This document shows positions 39,601 to 52,284 of a stretch of 64,000 bases of DNA, piece after piece. The notes beneath the pieces were generated by a model. The model saw only the letters and a list, made by a program, of their open reading frames with translations, did no database searches and was not told the DNA's origin. Made by a program: the position numbers and the translations under genes. Location: NCBI GenBank assembly GCA_958009085.1, contig OY253684.1:620001-684000 (forward strand), written 5' to 3'. Within the stretch, counting starts at the first letter, position 1. Every line of letters starts with the position of its first letter. Origin of the DNA: Protoeuglena noctilucae (lineage: Eukaryota).

Positions 39601-40451
39601 TGCAGGGCGGGGACGAGCTCCTGGGCACCGAGATGCTGTTCGCTGGCATCTTCGCGGAGCTGGAGCCGGAGGAGTGCGTGGCCGTGCTGAGCGCCTTGGT
39701 GTTCCAGGAAAAGGTCGATGATGAGCCCGCGCTGGCGGGCAAGGGCCGACTCCTGGAGACGAGGGTGCAGGTCGACACACTGGCGCGGGACCTGGCCGTG
39801 CTGCAGGTGACTGGCGCACTGTGCCTGCCTAGACAGCTCTGGCAGCTAACAGCAGCTTTGATGTTGCGAGGGTGCAGAGCCCACGGCGCGCCAAGTCACA
39901 CGCGATGTTGGCGGCGTACGCTGTCATGCTTCGTTTCACTTGGAAGCAGGACGCCAGTAACGTCATGAGCATCGACTGCGACGCAGAAAGAGTGCGGCGT
40001 GGACGTCCCTGAGCCAGACGAGTGGGCCGGGAGCGTGCTCAAGTGGGGCCTGGCCGAGGCTGTCTACGAGTGGGCGCGGGGCATGTCTTTCGAAGAGATC
40101 TGCCAGCTGACGAGTGAGGGGCGCCGTCACTGCGCCACGGCCCACTGCGCCGTCCGTTCGAGCGCGGCACGTGGCGGGTCGACCGATGTCGCACGCACGA
40201 CCCACCGCTACGGCGGCCCGCGCAGGGCAGCGCCTGCGCGCGAGACGATGTGACCCGGCACGCCTTTCCGTCCCGCAGGTGTGATGGAGGGCTCTATCGT
40301 CCGCACTGTCATGCGCCTGGACGAGCAATGCCGCATGATGCGCAACGCGGCCAAGATCATGGGCAACATGGCGCTGCACGAGAAGCTGGAGAAGGCATCG
40401 CAGCTGATCAAGCGCGACGTCATCTTCGCTGCCTCGCTCTACATCCAGTGA
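33640..40451 (+). CDS. SKI2: SKI2 DExH-box RNA helicase (cytoplasmic exosome cofactor)
   Basis: [85 protein letters not shown]-terminal [20 protein letters not shown] plus the long N-terminal region fit SKI2 rather than MTR4. Confidence 0.93.
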
Positions 40452-40594
40452 GGTCGAGAGATGGCGACCAGGGACCGAGTGGTGGTGCTTGGCGCACGCT
40501 GTGCATCCTGGGGAATGTTCTCTTGTTTCGTTCGTTCAATTGTTTCCGCACGCCGGCATTGCACTGCCTGCCTTCTCAACCTGCCTTTGCACCT

Positions 40595-42134
40595 CTACAT
40601 TGTCCGGAAGGTCTTGGGGACGGCCTCGCTTCCAATGGCGCCCTTGAAGAACGTGTCCTGCTCCTTCACTTCCTTGCCCAGACGCTGCGAGGAATTAGAT
40701 GAGACATGGATGAGACAGCTCAGCGGCGGAGACGCTATCGGTGTGGTGAAACTGCCTCTCAGCTTCGCAGGAGGCTACCGAGAAACGTGCATGCCATTCA
40801 AACCCACCTTGCTGTACGTGTCTGACTCCATGATGGAGACCGGCCCGTGCTTGACGCTGGTGGCCTTGGGCGCCAGAATCTGTCGGCCGACGCGGTAGTT
40901 GGGGAGGCTCGGGCAGTGCAACTCCAGCACCTTCACCTTGCGGCACTCGGGGATCTGCGGGGGCCGGCCATGGGATGACCTCGGGCGTGGTGCCACATCT
41001 TCGGTCGTGGTGGCCCACAGAGCACGGGCGCGAGTGTGTGCACAGTGGCGCTACAAGCATTGGGCGTTGATTCCCATCACCCCGCAATATGCCTCACCTC
41101 GAACGTGTCCAGTACATCCGACCAGATGATGATGCTCTCCAAATTGAGGCACTGCGGCGGGGGCAGGTGCGTATGTTGTGGACACAGAAGGCCGCGAACA
41201 CGCAAGCTGAAGCATACGCGAGGATTCCCATTATCCATTGACACTGCAGCCTGCGTTGACCCCACGCACTGAACTGACTTCTGCCCTCACCTCTCTCAGG
41301 TCGAGGTTGGCGAGGCTCTTGCAGTGGAGGAGGATCTTGGTGAGGCTGCCGCACAGGGAGAGGTTGAGCGTGTCGAGTGACTCGCTCTGTATGAGCACGA
41401 AGGACAGGTTGCTGCACTGGGACAGGTCGAGCTTGTTCAGGGAAGGGCACGCGCCCATGGGCGACAGCACCACGCTCCGGAGGTTGCTGCAGCCCACGAA
41501 GGCCATCTTAGAGAGGTAGGGAGGCGAGAGCTTGACGACCTCCGCGAAGAAAGCGTCCGTCACGGTCACTGCGAGACGGCGGGGTGCCTGGCAATGGTGA
41601 GGGCTGGACAACCCGGCCCTGCCGGGCGCGTCACAGGCCCAGCTGCTCCGTCGCTCACCCATGCGTGCCGGCCAGCCCTCGCGCTCCTCCTTCGGCACCT
41701 CGTCCGGTACGGAGAAGGCGTTCACGATGATTTCTGGGGTATATGGGTGGAAGGCCAGACGTCCCTCGCCAGGCTGGCGCCGGCTCAGAGCAAACGCAAG
41801 CCGTTTCCACCCTCAAATGCTCACCGGTACATGACGTCAGAATGCGCTCCCTCAGCGCGCCCCACGTGGGCCACTCCATCGAGTTGGGGAGCTCGTCGGG
41901 GGGGAGCAGCCATTTCTCGTTATCGACCGCCTGGTATGAAGGGAAGGAAGCGTGCATCAGCGCACCTAGATGCGCAGTCCTGTCGGCAGCGCCTTGCCGG
42001 AGCAGCGAAACGGCCGCACGCCGCGCGGCTGCTACGTGCCTGCGTGCGACATGTGCAGTCCCCACCTGTTCCCACGCCTGCTTGTGCTGCGGTTCGGATG
42101 GCTCATCCGACTTCTTCTTCCCCTTTTTCGGCAT
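40595..42134 (-). CDS. Leucine-rich repeat (cysteine-containing LRR-like) protein of unknown function
   Basis: MPKKGKKK start; repeats LSKMAFVGCSNLRSV, LNKLDLSQCSNLSFV, LDTLNLSLCGSLTKI, LANLDLRE|CLNLESI, VLELHCPSL across GT-AG-joined exons; stop TAG at 40595. Confidence 0.7.
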
Positions 42135-42637
42135 TCCCCGGCCAGTCCTCCTCGGCTACGCCCCGCCTCGAGGCCAGCAACGCTCCTCCACGCGTCACGC
42201 TCCGCGTGAGCGCCCCCGCCCCGACCAGCACACAGAGGACACTCAGACTTGTCCTCAACAGAGCAGGTTAAGAAGAAAGCGTGTTGCTGGGCCCTCGGAT
42301 GGGCTGTTCACGCCGCCTGCTTGGCGCACAGCTGCACGAAGGGTAAAGAACGCCAATGTGCCAGGCTTTCCCCGCCAGGACGCTGCCGTGGTGTCGCGAG
42401 TAGCCGTCTTATGAGTGCCGTGCGGGGCTTTGCTCAAGCCGCGGCCGCCGCGCAGAGCACGAGGGTAAACCGAGTCCGACGCCGTCGGGCGTCATCGCCA
42501 GGGCGCCGGGCGGCACGCCACCAGAGAAGCCGGCGCCCCACGTGTCATCTGCGTGCCCTTGTCGGTCCATCGTCGTCTGTCACACCGCGAGCGGAGGGGG
42601 TGCTGGCCGCTGGGCCTCGGGCAGGGCGGAGGGGAGG

Positions 42638-43759
42638 ATGTTTGCGGGGTCCGTCTCCCTTGGGGCTCTCACGAGCCAGTTCTCGGGGCTGTCCCTGTCT
42701 CGGGCGCCCCGCGCCACCACGGTCGCTGCGCCGATGGCTCGCGCGTCCGTCACGGTGCACGGTGAGCGCCGGCTTTCGTCGACGTTGTTCCTAGTGATGC
42801 TCGCGACACGCTCCGCCTCCCTCTCAGCGGCCAGGGGAGCCAAAACACGGCCCCCCGTGCCCGTGTGACGCTTTGGGGTCTCGCCTGCCGACGCTCTCTT
42901 GCCGACGCCATCATCGGTTATATCCCTGGCCTTTTGCCGCCTCGGGATGCCGACCCGCGCCCTCCCGGCGGCCCCGGCCCGCCAGCCCTGCCAATCCTGT
43001 CGTGGGCCGGCCCGGGCGCGTTTCGGGGCCGCGGCCGCCGGCCTGTCGCGCGTTTTCGAAGCCATGGATCGCTTGGATGGGTCGGCCGTCCCCGCCGTCG
43101 CCTCATCAGGCCAGAGGGGACGCAGTCGTGCCTGCCCAGTCGCTCCCCGGGCGACGCGGGACCGCGAGCGGCGACTGTGCACCCTCCCCGACCGCAGCCT
43201 CCCAAGTGTGCGACCTGACGGGCAAGAAGCGGAACAAGGCCAACACCGTCAGCTTCTCGGGCAAGCGCAACCGGAAGTGGCAGGGCGCCAACATCCAGGA
43301 GAAGAGGATTTACTGGCCCGAGGGTCAGAGGCTGGTCAGGCTCAAGGTGCGCCATCTGGGAAGGCCCGCCGCGGCCGCGGGGACCCCGTAGCCTCTGCTG
43401 GGCACGTCCTGTGCCGGCCCTGCCCCTCAGCCTCCATTGCCATGCGCACCGTCCTGCGCGCGGCCTGCAAGCCATGCCTCGCCGCCCCGCAGGTCTCGAC
43501 CAAGGCTCTCCGCACGCTGGAGAAGAAGGGGCTGAACGTGATGGCCAAGGAGGCGGGGATCGACTTGTGGAGCCTGCCCTACGTGGACTGCTCCGAGGCT
43601 CGGCTCCAGTACAAGCGTGAGAACCCCATGAAGGTGCCCATGGCGGCCAACCCGCGGGCGATCAAGAACCCGGAAAAAATCGCCGCCTCCAAGAAGAAGC
43701 CCATCATGGCCCGCTACGAGCTGGGGCGCATCGTCTACTACCGCGAGGGGGAGCAGTAG
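42638..43759 (+). CDS. RPL28: Plastid ribosomal protein L28 (bL28c) precursor
   Basis: Ser/Ala/Arg-rich transit peptide; [60 protein letters not shown]; introns about 42762-43197 and 43347-43492. Confidence 0.92.
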
Positions 43760-44063
43760 GCGCGCCTGGCGCGTGTGTGGCGTGTTCTGTCGATGAGGGA
43801 GCCTTTTCAGGCCACACGGGCCTCGTCAGGGGCTCATTGAACAGACGTGTCACATGCATGCTTTGGCACTGCTGTTCGTGGACAACCGAAACCGCGGCTA
43901 CGCTCTGGTTCGTTTTTCAAAGAAAGTTAGTCGATCGGTGAACCAAATAAGTCAGCTCTGGAGCGGCCCGCGTCAGGGGTCAATGGGCGCCGCTGTCCGA
44001 GGGGAAAGGCGCTAGCGCGCCGCCGGTGGTCGGCTGGGGTGGCGTAGGCCTGACGTGTGGTGC

Positions 44064-45232
44064 TCAGCAGTTCTCGCCGACGACCTTGGCCGGCGTGATG
44101 GTGAGGACGTTGCCGGGCTTGCCGGGAACGGAGCCCTTCACGACGAGCGCGCCCTTCTCGAGGTCGACCTTCACCACCTGAAGCTTGCGGGCCTTGACCC
44201 GCTCGTTCCCCATGCGCCCGGGCATCCGCAAGCCGGGCTGGACGCGCCCACCGTCGCCAGACATCCGGAGACCGATCGAGCCGGGGCCCCTGTGCGACTT
44301 GGACCCGTGGGACATGAGACCCCGCGACATGTTCCAGCGCTTGATGCCGCCCTGGAACCCCTTCCCTGCGAGAAGGCGCGGGGCGGACGGAGTTCACCGC
44401 CGGTGGCAAGAGTGACAAGCGAGGAGCAGTTGGCCCGCGGCCGAACCCCCGGGGCACCCAGGGCAGCCACGGCGGGGTGCAGCCACCCACCCGTCGACAC
44501 GCCCGCCACGTCCACGTGCGACCCCACAGCAAACATGGCCGCCACGTCCAGCTTCTTCCCGACCTCGAACCCGTCGACCGAGTCCAGCTTGAACTCGGTC
44601 AGGTGCCGGAGGGCAGGGAGGCCCGCCTTCTTCAGGTGGCCCGCCTCCGGCTTGGACAGGTTCTTCTCCTTCATGGGCTGGTATGCGATTTGCACCGCGT
44701 TGTACCCGTCCGAGTCCTTCGTCTTAACCTGCGGGACGCTCGCCCGCAGCTTAGGCGGGGCCCTCCCCAGGACCAGGCACCCCCAGGCGGCCGCTCCCCG
44801 CTCGGAGCGCGCCTCCCAGCCCCCGCCGCCCTTTCGCGCAGATGCGTCGACATGCAAACCGCACCTGCGACACGACGTTGCCCTCCTCCAGCGCGATGAC
44901 GGTGCACGGCAGCGCGAGGCCGTCCTCGGTGAAGACGGTCGTCATGCCGGCCTTAGTCCCCATCACGCCGCATCCCGCCTCCTTGGCCCGAGCGACGACC
45001 TCAAAGCGAGCGGTCCTGCGCGCCGGCGCCGCGCGGTGCGCGACGGCCACCTGCGGGGGCGGGCGCTTATCCATCCCGAGGCCGTGCACAGGCCCCCGCG
45101 CCGCCCGCAGCCCACCGCGATTGGTTAGGAACGGGGACGTGTCGCGCGTGCCGGCTCCTGAGCCGCGCTGGCGCTCACCGCGCGCGGGGCCGAGAGGCTG
45201 AGCACCTGGAAGGAGGAGCACAGCGGCGCCAT
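44064..45232 (-). CDS. RPL3: Plastid ribosomal protein L3 (uL3c) precursor
   Basis: Transit peptide, then [72 protein letters not shown]. Confidence 0.93.
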
Positions 45233-45512
45233 GCTCAGTCCGCCTCTTTTCCCGCAATCTCCAGACGAGGGGCGCGGGCCTGGCCCGCAATAGGCACGCC
45301 ACGGCCCAGCCAGCGCCCGACTCAGGACTGACATGGGGCCTAAAGGTGTTTGCTGCAGCTCCGAAGGGCTGCCACGACATTTCTGCGGCACCTCGCTTCC
45401 AGGGTGGCGCCGCGCGGGTGCATTTCACACTTGCTGGCCTTTTCGCCGGGCATCGTGGGGCCCGTGGGGACCCCCCTCCCCCTGTCGGGGGCCTGTCGTC
45501 GCCCCCGCCGAG

Positions 45513-48500
45513 ATGGACTTCGATGAGTTGATGAAGGACCTCCAGAACGAGGCCAAGGAGGCGGAGAAGCGCGCGAAGACCCAGGAGGAGGTGGAGGCTC
45601 TGCTGGTGAGCGCACGTGCCAAGCGGAGGACGGGTTGCCTGCGCGGCGGGAGCACGGGGCCGCCTCTGAGGAGTGGTTCACGGCCTGGCATACGTGGCGT
45701 GCCGCGCTCGTCCCGTGTGACTCTCCTGGCCGGCTGCGCTGCCCCAAGGCTCCGTTGCCCGCATCCGGCGGGCCGCCTGGAGGCACGCCATGGCAATTAC
45801 TTTTCTCGTCTCCTGGCGCACACCCTTGCGCCGCCCGAAGCCCGGTGACGCGGCCCTTTCCGCACGGCCGAGCGCCGCTCACATGGAGCCCCCACGCCGG
45901 CGCCCGAATCCCCCGCGCGCCGTTTCGGGCCGGCGATCCGATCACGAGACGGATCAGTTACGTATCCCGGCGAGAGCGTCGCGAATGGTGCTCGCGTGAC
46001 GCCGGTGGCCCGTCCCCCGCGTGCAGGTGGACGAATCCCTCAGCGACGTCGAGAAGGCCGAGATGTTCATCCAGAAGGGCATCGCGGTTCAACGGACGTG
46101 GGCGTTGGAGCGTTTCGCCCAGCTGGTCAAGGACTCCGGGCCACGGGCGCTCTCAAAACTCCTGCCCGTCATCAAGGCACGTCGCCCTCGAGCGCCTGGG
46201 GCTCTCATCCGCGGCCCCTGCGGCAGGCAGCTCACGTCGCTCTTTGGGTCGCCTTTGCAGGAAGCCATGGCGGCCGGCAAGTTCAGCGTGGAAGAGCGGG
46301 GCACCCTGGCGCGGTGTCTGGAGGAGATGATAGCCAACCGCTACATCTTTGACGACGAGGTGGAGGCGCAGGTGCTCCCGGTCATCATGGAGGTGTACAA
46401 GTCCCCGGACGAGCATATCGAGGACCACGTGCAGCACTGGACGAGCGCGCTGTGGGAGGCGGCGCAGGTCCTGGGGGAGGTCAAAGTCAAGGCGCTGGTG
46501 CTGCCGGAGGTCAAGGCCATGGGCAAGGTGTACGCGACGCCCAAGGACCGGTGCATGAGCTGCTACATGACGGGTGCCATCTGCAAGGTGGTCCCCAAGC
46601 AAGAGGTGAAGGACCAGCTCCTGGCGGGGATCGTGAGCCTGTGCCAGGACACGGAGACGTCGGTGCGGCGGGCCATGGCGTCCCAGCTGCCCCCGCTCGC
46701 CACGCATCTCGGCGCCGTGCTGACGGACGAGAAGATCCTGCCGGAGCTGTTTGAGCTGATGCGCGATGAGGAGCGGGACGTGAAGGAGACGGCGCTGCGG
46801 TGCCTGGTGGAGATCCTTGACCTGGTCCCGGACTCGAGCAAGAAGGACAAGGTCATGCCACGCATCCACAACATCTGGCAGGCGCTGACCGTGGAGCCCG
46901 TGGGGGGCGTCGCCGACATCTTTGCCGAGCTCAACGGCCCGCTCGTGGTTAAGGTGGCCAAGGTCCTGTCCAATGAGGACGCCCGCGTGCTCATCGGGTG
47001 CATGCGCGGCCTCGCAGACCACAAGTCGTCCGAGGCGTCCCGCCGGTTTACGGCGTTCAACTTTTACGCCGTGCTCCACAGCCTCGGCGTCGACTACATG
47101 GCGCGCGGTATGCTCAGCATTCTGCAGGGTGAGGGCCGGCGGGACACGCGGCGGCGCCAAGCCTGGCGGAGGTCCAGGGGTAGAGAGGCCTGTCAGCACT
47201 GGCGTGCAGTGCTGGTTGCCGAGCACGTCAAGCGATTACATCGCTCGACGCTGCACCGCCCTCGCCGTCGCCCGCAGAGCTGTGCAAGGACCAGGACGCG
47301 CAAGTGCGTCGCACGGTGGCTCGGCAGTTGCCGGACGTTTGCAAGCTCGTGGGCCCGCAGCAGGCGATGAATGACCTGCTGCCGCTGTACCTGAACCTGA
47401 TGACGGACAGGGACGGCACCGTGTCGGTGGCGGCCGTCACCAATATGAAGAACTTCCTCCAGGTTTTCAAGGATGAGAACCACAGCGACAAGGTGAGGGC
47501 GTCCAGTCGCCTGTGACAAACCACACTCACTCCGTGGCTCCTTTGCCCTGAGGCCCCTGGTAGGTGCCCCAGCCTCCACTCTCCGCGCCCGGCACCGTCA
47601 CGTCCCTTCCTGACTGCCCATTTCACCACGCAGACCAAGCTGCACATGCAGCTGCTGGATGCGATGGTCAAGGTAGACGAGGACACCAAGCTCAACTGGC
47701 GCATCCAGCAGGCCCTGGCGACGACCTTCGCCTCGCTCCCCGAGTACTTGACGGCGCAGGAGATGCACGACAGGGTCGCGCCCATCGTCTTCCGGCTCCT
47801 GGGCCCCGAGGTCGCCGCGGCGGTGCGCCGGCCGGCTGCGGAGGCGCTGGTCCGCGTCATCCGCATGCCCGAGCTCAAGGTGCAGCAGCGCACCGACCTC
47901 TACCTGCGCGTCATCAAGGAGTTCGCCAAGGGCAAGAGTTTCTGGCAGAGGTCCATCTTCGTCGACATCTGCGACTCCCTCCTCCACATCTTCTCCACCA
48001 AGTTCTTCCGCGAGCACTTCTTCGGCCCCTGCATCGATCTCATGTCCGATCCCGTCCCCAACATCCGCCTCAAGGTCTGCGAGCTCCTCCCAGACCTCAA
48101 GCAGACCATCCGCCTTCCGGACGACGTCGAGTTCCTCGACCGACTCAACACGGCCGTGTCGGGGCTGATGACCGACAACGACCGCGACGTCTCCATGCGG
48201 GCGCGCGCCATGAACGACGCCTTCAAGAGCAAGCCCTTCCGCATGGCGCGCGCGGCCGTGTCGTCGGGGTCGGGCGGATTCGAAGCCGAGGTGCGCCGCC
48301 GCCCAGGGCGAGCGACAGACCTGTCTCAGCTCCTGCGCACGCGTGCATGCATGCTTCGCCGTCGCCGTCGCTGTCGCGCACAGCGCGCCGCGTGTGGCTT
48401 GGCCAGCCACGCACTGCCGACCCCCACGTCGCGCGCAGGACAAGCGGCGAGAAAAGGAGGAGGAGTCGGTGGTGTTTACCAAGGAGGAGGTGGAGAAGAT

Positions 48501-49213
48501 TCGATACCAGGCGCTGGTGGAGCGCAACATGAGGAAGAACACCTCCAAGTTTGCGGGTGCTGCTGGGGACTCGGGGGCGGGGGCGAGCAAGGGCGGGTCG
48601 CGACTGACGATGCGGAGCAGGCCCAAGCCGGGGGGGGCAGCAGCAAGCGCCGCTCCGGCGGCGGGGACGGGGGTGGGCGCAGGGGCGGCGGCCAAGGCAC
48701 CAGCGTGAGTCTCGCCCTGGGGCCTGTCCGCTGCTTGTAGCCATGCTGGCAGCACGAGGAATCTCATCGTCGACCCTCCTGCGCCTCTGCAGGGCGTCCA
48801 AGGTGGCCGGGACGCCGGCGTCGCGCCTGCAGTCGTCGTCGGGGGCGTCGGGCGGTGCGTCGCCCAAGGGCAGCGCAACGCCGTCGACAGCGACCAGCGC
48901 GGCGAGCTCCCGGTCGTCGTCGGCGGCTTCGACGCGGGGACGAACAGCTTCGGCGCCGAGCGCGTCGGGAGCCGCGCCGGGGGGGGGGGCGGGGACCACG
49001 GCGGGGAAGCCGCTGGCCAAGTCGGGCAGCGGGGGCACGAGCTCAGCCCTGCCCAAGGTCGGCAGCGGCGGGCTGGGGGCGGCGGGGGCTGGGGGTGGCG
49101 CAGGACCTCCATCTGCGGCGGGGAAGGGGAAGCCGGGGACGTCCTCGCTGCCAGTGGTGGGCCGGGGGAAGCCCGTCGCGGGTGTGGGAGCAGCCGCCGT
49201 GGGGCGGCGGTAG
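45513..49213 (+). CDS. HEAT-repeat protein, protein phosphatase 4 regulatory subunit 4 (PP4R4)-like
   Basis: N-terminal [15 protein letters not shown] resembles PP4R4; HEAT repeats ([40 protein letters not shown]); DKRREKEEE motif; Ser/Gly/Ala low-complexity tail. Confidence 0.75.
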
Positions 49214-50032
49214 TGCAGTCCAGATCAGTGCTGACCTGCTTGGCCGCGATCATGTAACGTAGTCCAGTGGTGCGTCTTTCGGATCCAGTGCGGAGCTCCA
49301 TTTAAACACAATTCTGACCAGTCGGCCATTTCCGCCCGACGCTCCCCGAGTGACCTACGAGAGCCCCGTCGCGATCAGTGCGCGTTGTATGGTTTGCAGT
49401 GGTGCCGGAGCCTTCCTTCTCAGACGAACGCGAGAGGTGAGGCCAAAAGCCAGCGGGGGATGTGATTCCGTCGTCTCAAGCATAAGATCACGCGGTCGGA
49501 TGCCATGATGCCGCGCGTGGGGGCTAGCGCTGCCATCGCGGTCCCCCAGCGCCTGCGTCGGTCCCCTGCTTGACCTGCGTCCGAATCGGGCCCATGTCGC
49601 TGCGATGGCGTTGGCCGGGCGCAGAGGGGCGCATTGGCTGATTTATGGGGTCCATGCTGCAGTTGGGCCCCCGGATCTGTCCTCTCGACGTCTCCGCCGC
49701 GCTGCTTGCGTGCGAACCCGGGGCGCGCTTTCTGCGCCTGCTGCGTTCCCGCGCGGATTGCTTCTGGGCTGGCGCAATCCGCTTCGCTGCTACAAGCACA
49801 TCATCATCGCATTCGAGGGGTGTCGCGGCCCTGTGCGAACGGGAGCAGGGTTCCCATGCCACGGTTGGCGCCACTTCGGCAGCTCCCGCTCTGCGCGCCC
49901 GGGAGCGGGAGTGCGGCCTCCGCTGCCCACAGGGGACGTGAAGGGTTTCGCGAGCATCGATTCGCAAGCGAGCGCGTGATCGGCGGGGCCAAAGGGGCAC
50001 GGGCGTGCACAGTAGCGGAGTGCGGCGGGGCC

Positions 50033-52050
50033 ATGTCGCTGGCGTTCGACGAGTACGGCCGCCCCTTCATCATTTTGCGAGAGCAAGATAAGAAGGCGCG
50101 GATTCGGGGAGTCGATGCCGTCAAGTCCAACATCCAGGCCGCGAAGGCGGTGGCCAAGGCAAGATGCGCTGCGAGCGGTCGCGCAACGCTTGCCAGCCAC
50201 CCGCCGCCGCGCGCCGGGATGAACGAAGGACATTTGCTTGTTTTCCCAGGTGCTCCGCACGTCCCTGGGTCCCAAGGGCATGGACAAGATGCTGCAGAAC
50301 TCGGACGGGGACATTACGATCACGAACGACGGTGCGACCATCCTGGACATGATGCAAGTGGAGAACCAGATTGGCAAGCTGCTCGTGGAGCTCTCGCGAT
50401 CGCAGGTGCGCGACGGAGCCGGCAGCCGTGCACACGCAGGCGTAAGCGGCATGCGCAAGTGCCGTTGACGCGCCCTGCCCTGCCGCCCCCCCGCAGGACT
50501 ACGAGATCGGGGACGGCACAACGGGCGTGGTGGTCCTGGCGGGTTCTCTGCTGGAGATGGCTGAGCCTCTCCTCGACATGGGCATCCACCCACTGCGCAT
50601 CGCCGAGGGGTACGAGAAGGCGTGCCGCGTGGCGACAGAGCGCCTCGACTCGATCGCGACCGAGTTCACCTTCTCCCGCGACGACATCGAGCCGCTCGTG
50701 CGGACGTGCATGACCACGCTGTCCTCCAAGATCGTCGGACGCCACAAGCGGCAGTTCGCCGAGATGTGCGTCAACGCGGTGCTGGCCGTCGCCGACCTGG
50801 AGCGCCGGGACGTGAACCTGGACCTGATCAAGGTCGAGGGCAAGGTCGGGGGCAAGATGGAGGACACGTGCTTGATTGATGGGATCGTCATCGACAAGGA
50901 CATGAGCCACCCCCAGATGGACAAGGCCATTCGGGACGCGCGCATCGCCGTGCTCACCTGCCCCTTCGAGCCCCCCAAGCCCAAGACCAAGCACAAGGCG
51001 AGCGCGGCTGGGCTGCCACCGCAGCGCAGTGCGAGCGGTGACGGCAGTCGCGGTGGTCGCGGTGTGTTGGGATGGCGCGTACTCACGAGTTCGTCGTCAT
51101 GTGCGTGTTGCGCAGGTCGAGATCGACAGCGCGGAGAAGTACGAGCAGCTCCGGGAGCAGGAGAAGGAGTACTTTGTGGACATGGTCCGTCGCTGCAAGG
51201 ACGCGGGCGCGAGCCTCGTCATTTGCCAGTGGGGCTTCGACGACGAGGCCAACCACCTGCTCATGCACCACAAGCTGCCGGCCGTGCGGTGGGTGGGCGG
51301 GGTCGAGATCGAGCTCATCGCCATGGCCACCGGGGCGCGCATCGTGCCGCGGTTCGAGGAGCTCAGCGAGGACAAGCTGGGGCGCGCCGCGGTCGTGGAG
51401 GAGATCGCGTTCGGGACCACCCGGGACCGGATGATCCAGATTCGCGGGTGCCCCCGCACGCGCGCCGTCACCATCCTCGTCCGGGGCGGCAACCGGATGG
51501 TCGTCGAGGAGATCAAGCGCTCGCTGCACGACGCCCTGTGCGTGGCGCGCAACCTCGTCCGCAGCAACGCCATCGTCTACGGGGGCGGCGCTGCGGAGAT
51601 CGCAGCTTCGCTGCGGGTCGCAGACTACGCCAACCAGGTGCGCTGGCGTTCGCAGCGACGCGGGATGGTCGTATCTCACGTGATTATCAACTAAGTGATC
51701 ATTGGCGAAGATGCGGATCGGGATTTAGGCCCTTGCACGCGCAGGTGGCGGGGGTGGACCAGTATGCCATCCGCGCCTTTGCGGACGCGCTGGAGATGAC
51801 CCCGCAGGCCCTGGCAGAGAACTCGGGGCTGAACGGCATCGAGGCCGTCACCGAGGTCAAGGCCCGGCAAGTGGCCGAGGGCAACCCGTACCTGGGGGTC
51901 GACTGCATGCAGGCGGGGACCAACGACATGCGGGACCAGAACGTCTTCGAGACGCTCGTGGGCAAGAAGCAGCAGCTGTTCCTGGCCACCCAAGTCTGCA
52001 AGATGATCCTCAAGATCGACGACATCATCCAGCCCGCCCAGTACGACTGA
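50033..52050 (+). CDS. CCT5: T-complex protein 1 subunit epsilon (CCT5)
   Basis: [85 protein letters not shown]. Four introns, two with GC donors. Confidence 0.97.
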
Positions 52051-52284
52051 TGACAGACTGACGGGCGTGGGGGGCACTTGCAATGCCTGCCGCGCCGCAG
52101 CTCGGGCCTTGCCGGGTTTTGCCATGTCGCTGCCAGGGATCCCGTCTTTTGAAAGTGGGTGACCGTGTTTTAGAACAACAGCATGCTCGCGCTCACATGG
52201 GTCGGTGCTGCAGGCTTAAGGGTGAAGAAGGGGTACAACCACAGGGTAACAGTGGCGAGCGATCACAGCAACAGTGGCGTGCGG

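Noticed and set aside
49430..49490. GGCTTTTGGCC (minus strand) reminiscent of U2 snRNA stem I
   Set aside because: No branch-point recognition sequence (GTGTAGTA) or Sm site in the proper context.
49790..49810. ATGATGA box-C-like motif on the minus strand
   Set aside because: No box D (CTGA) at a suitable distance and no terminal stem.
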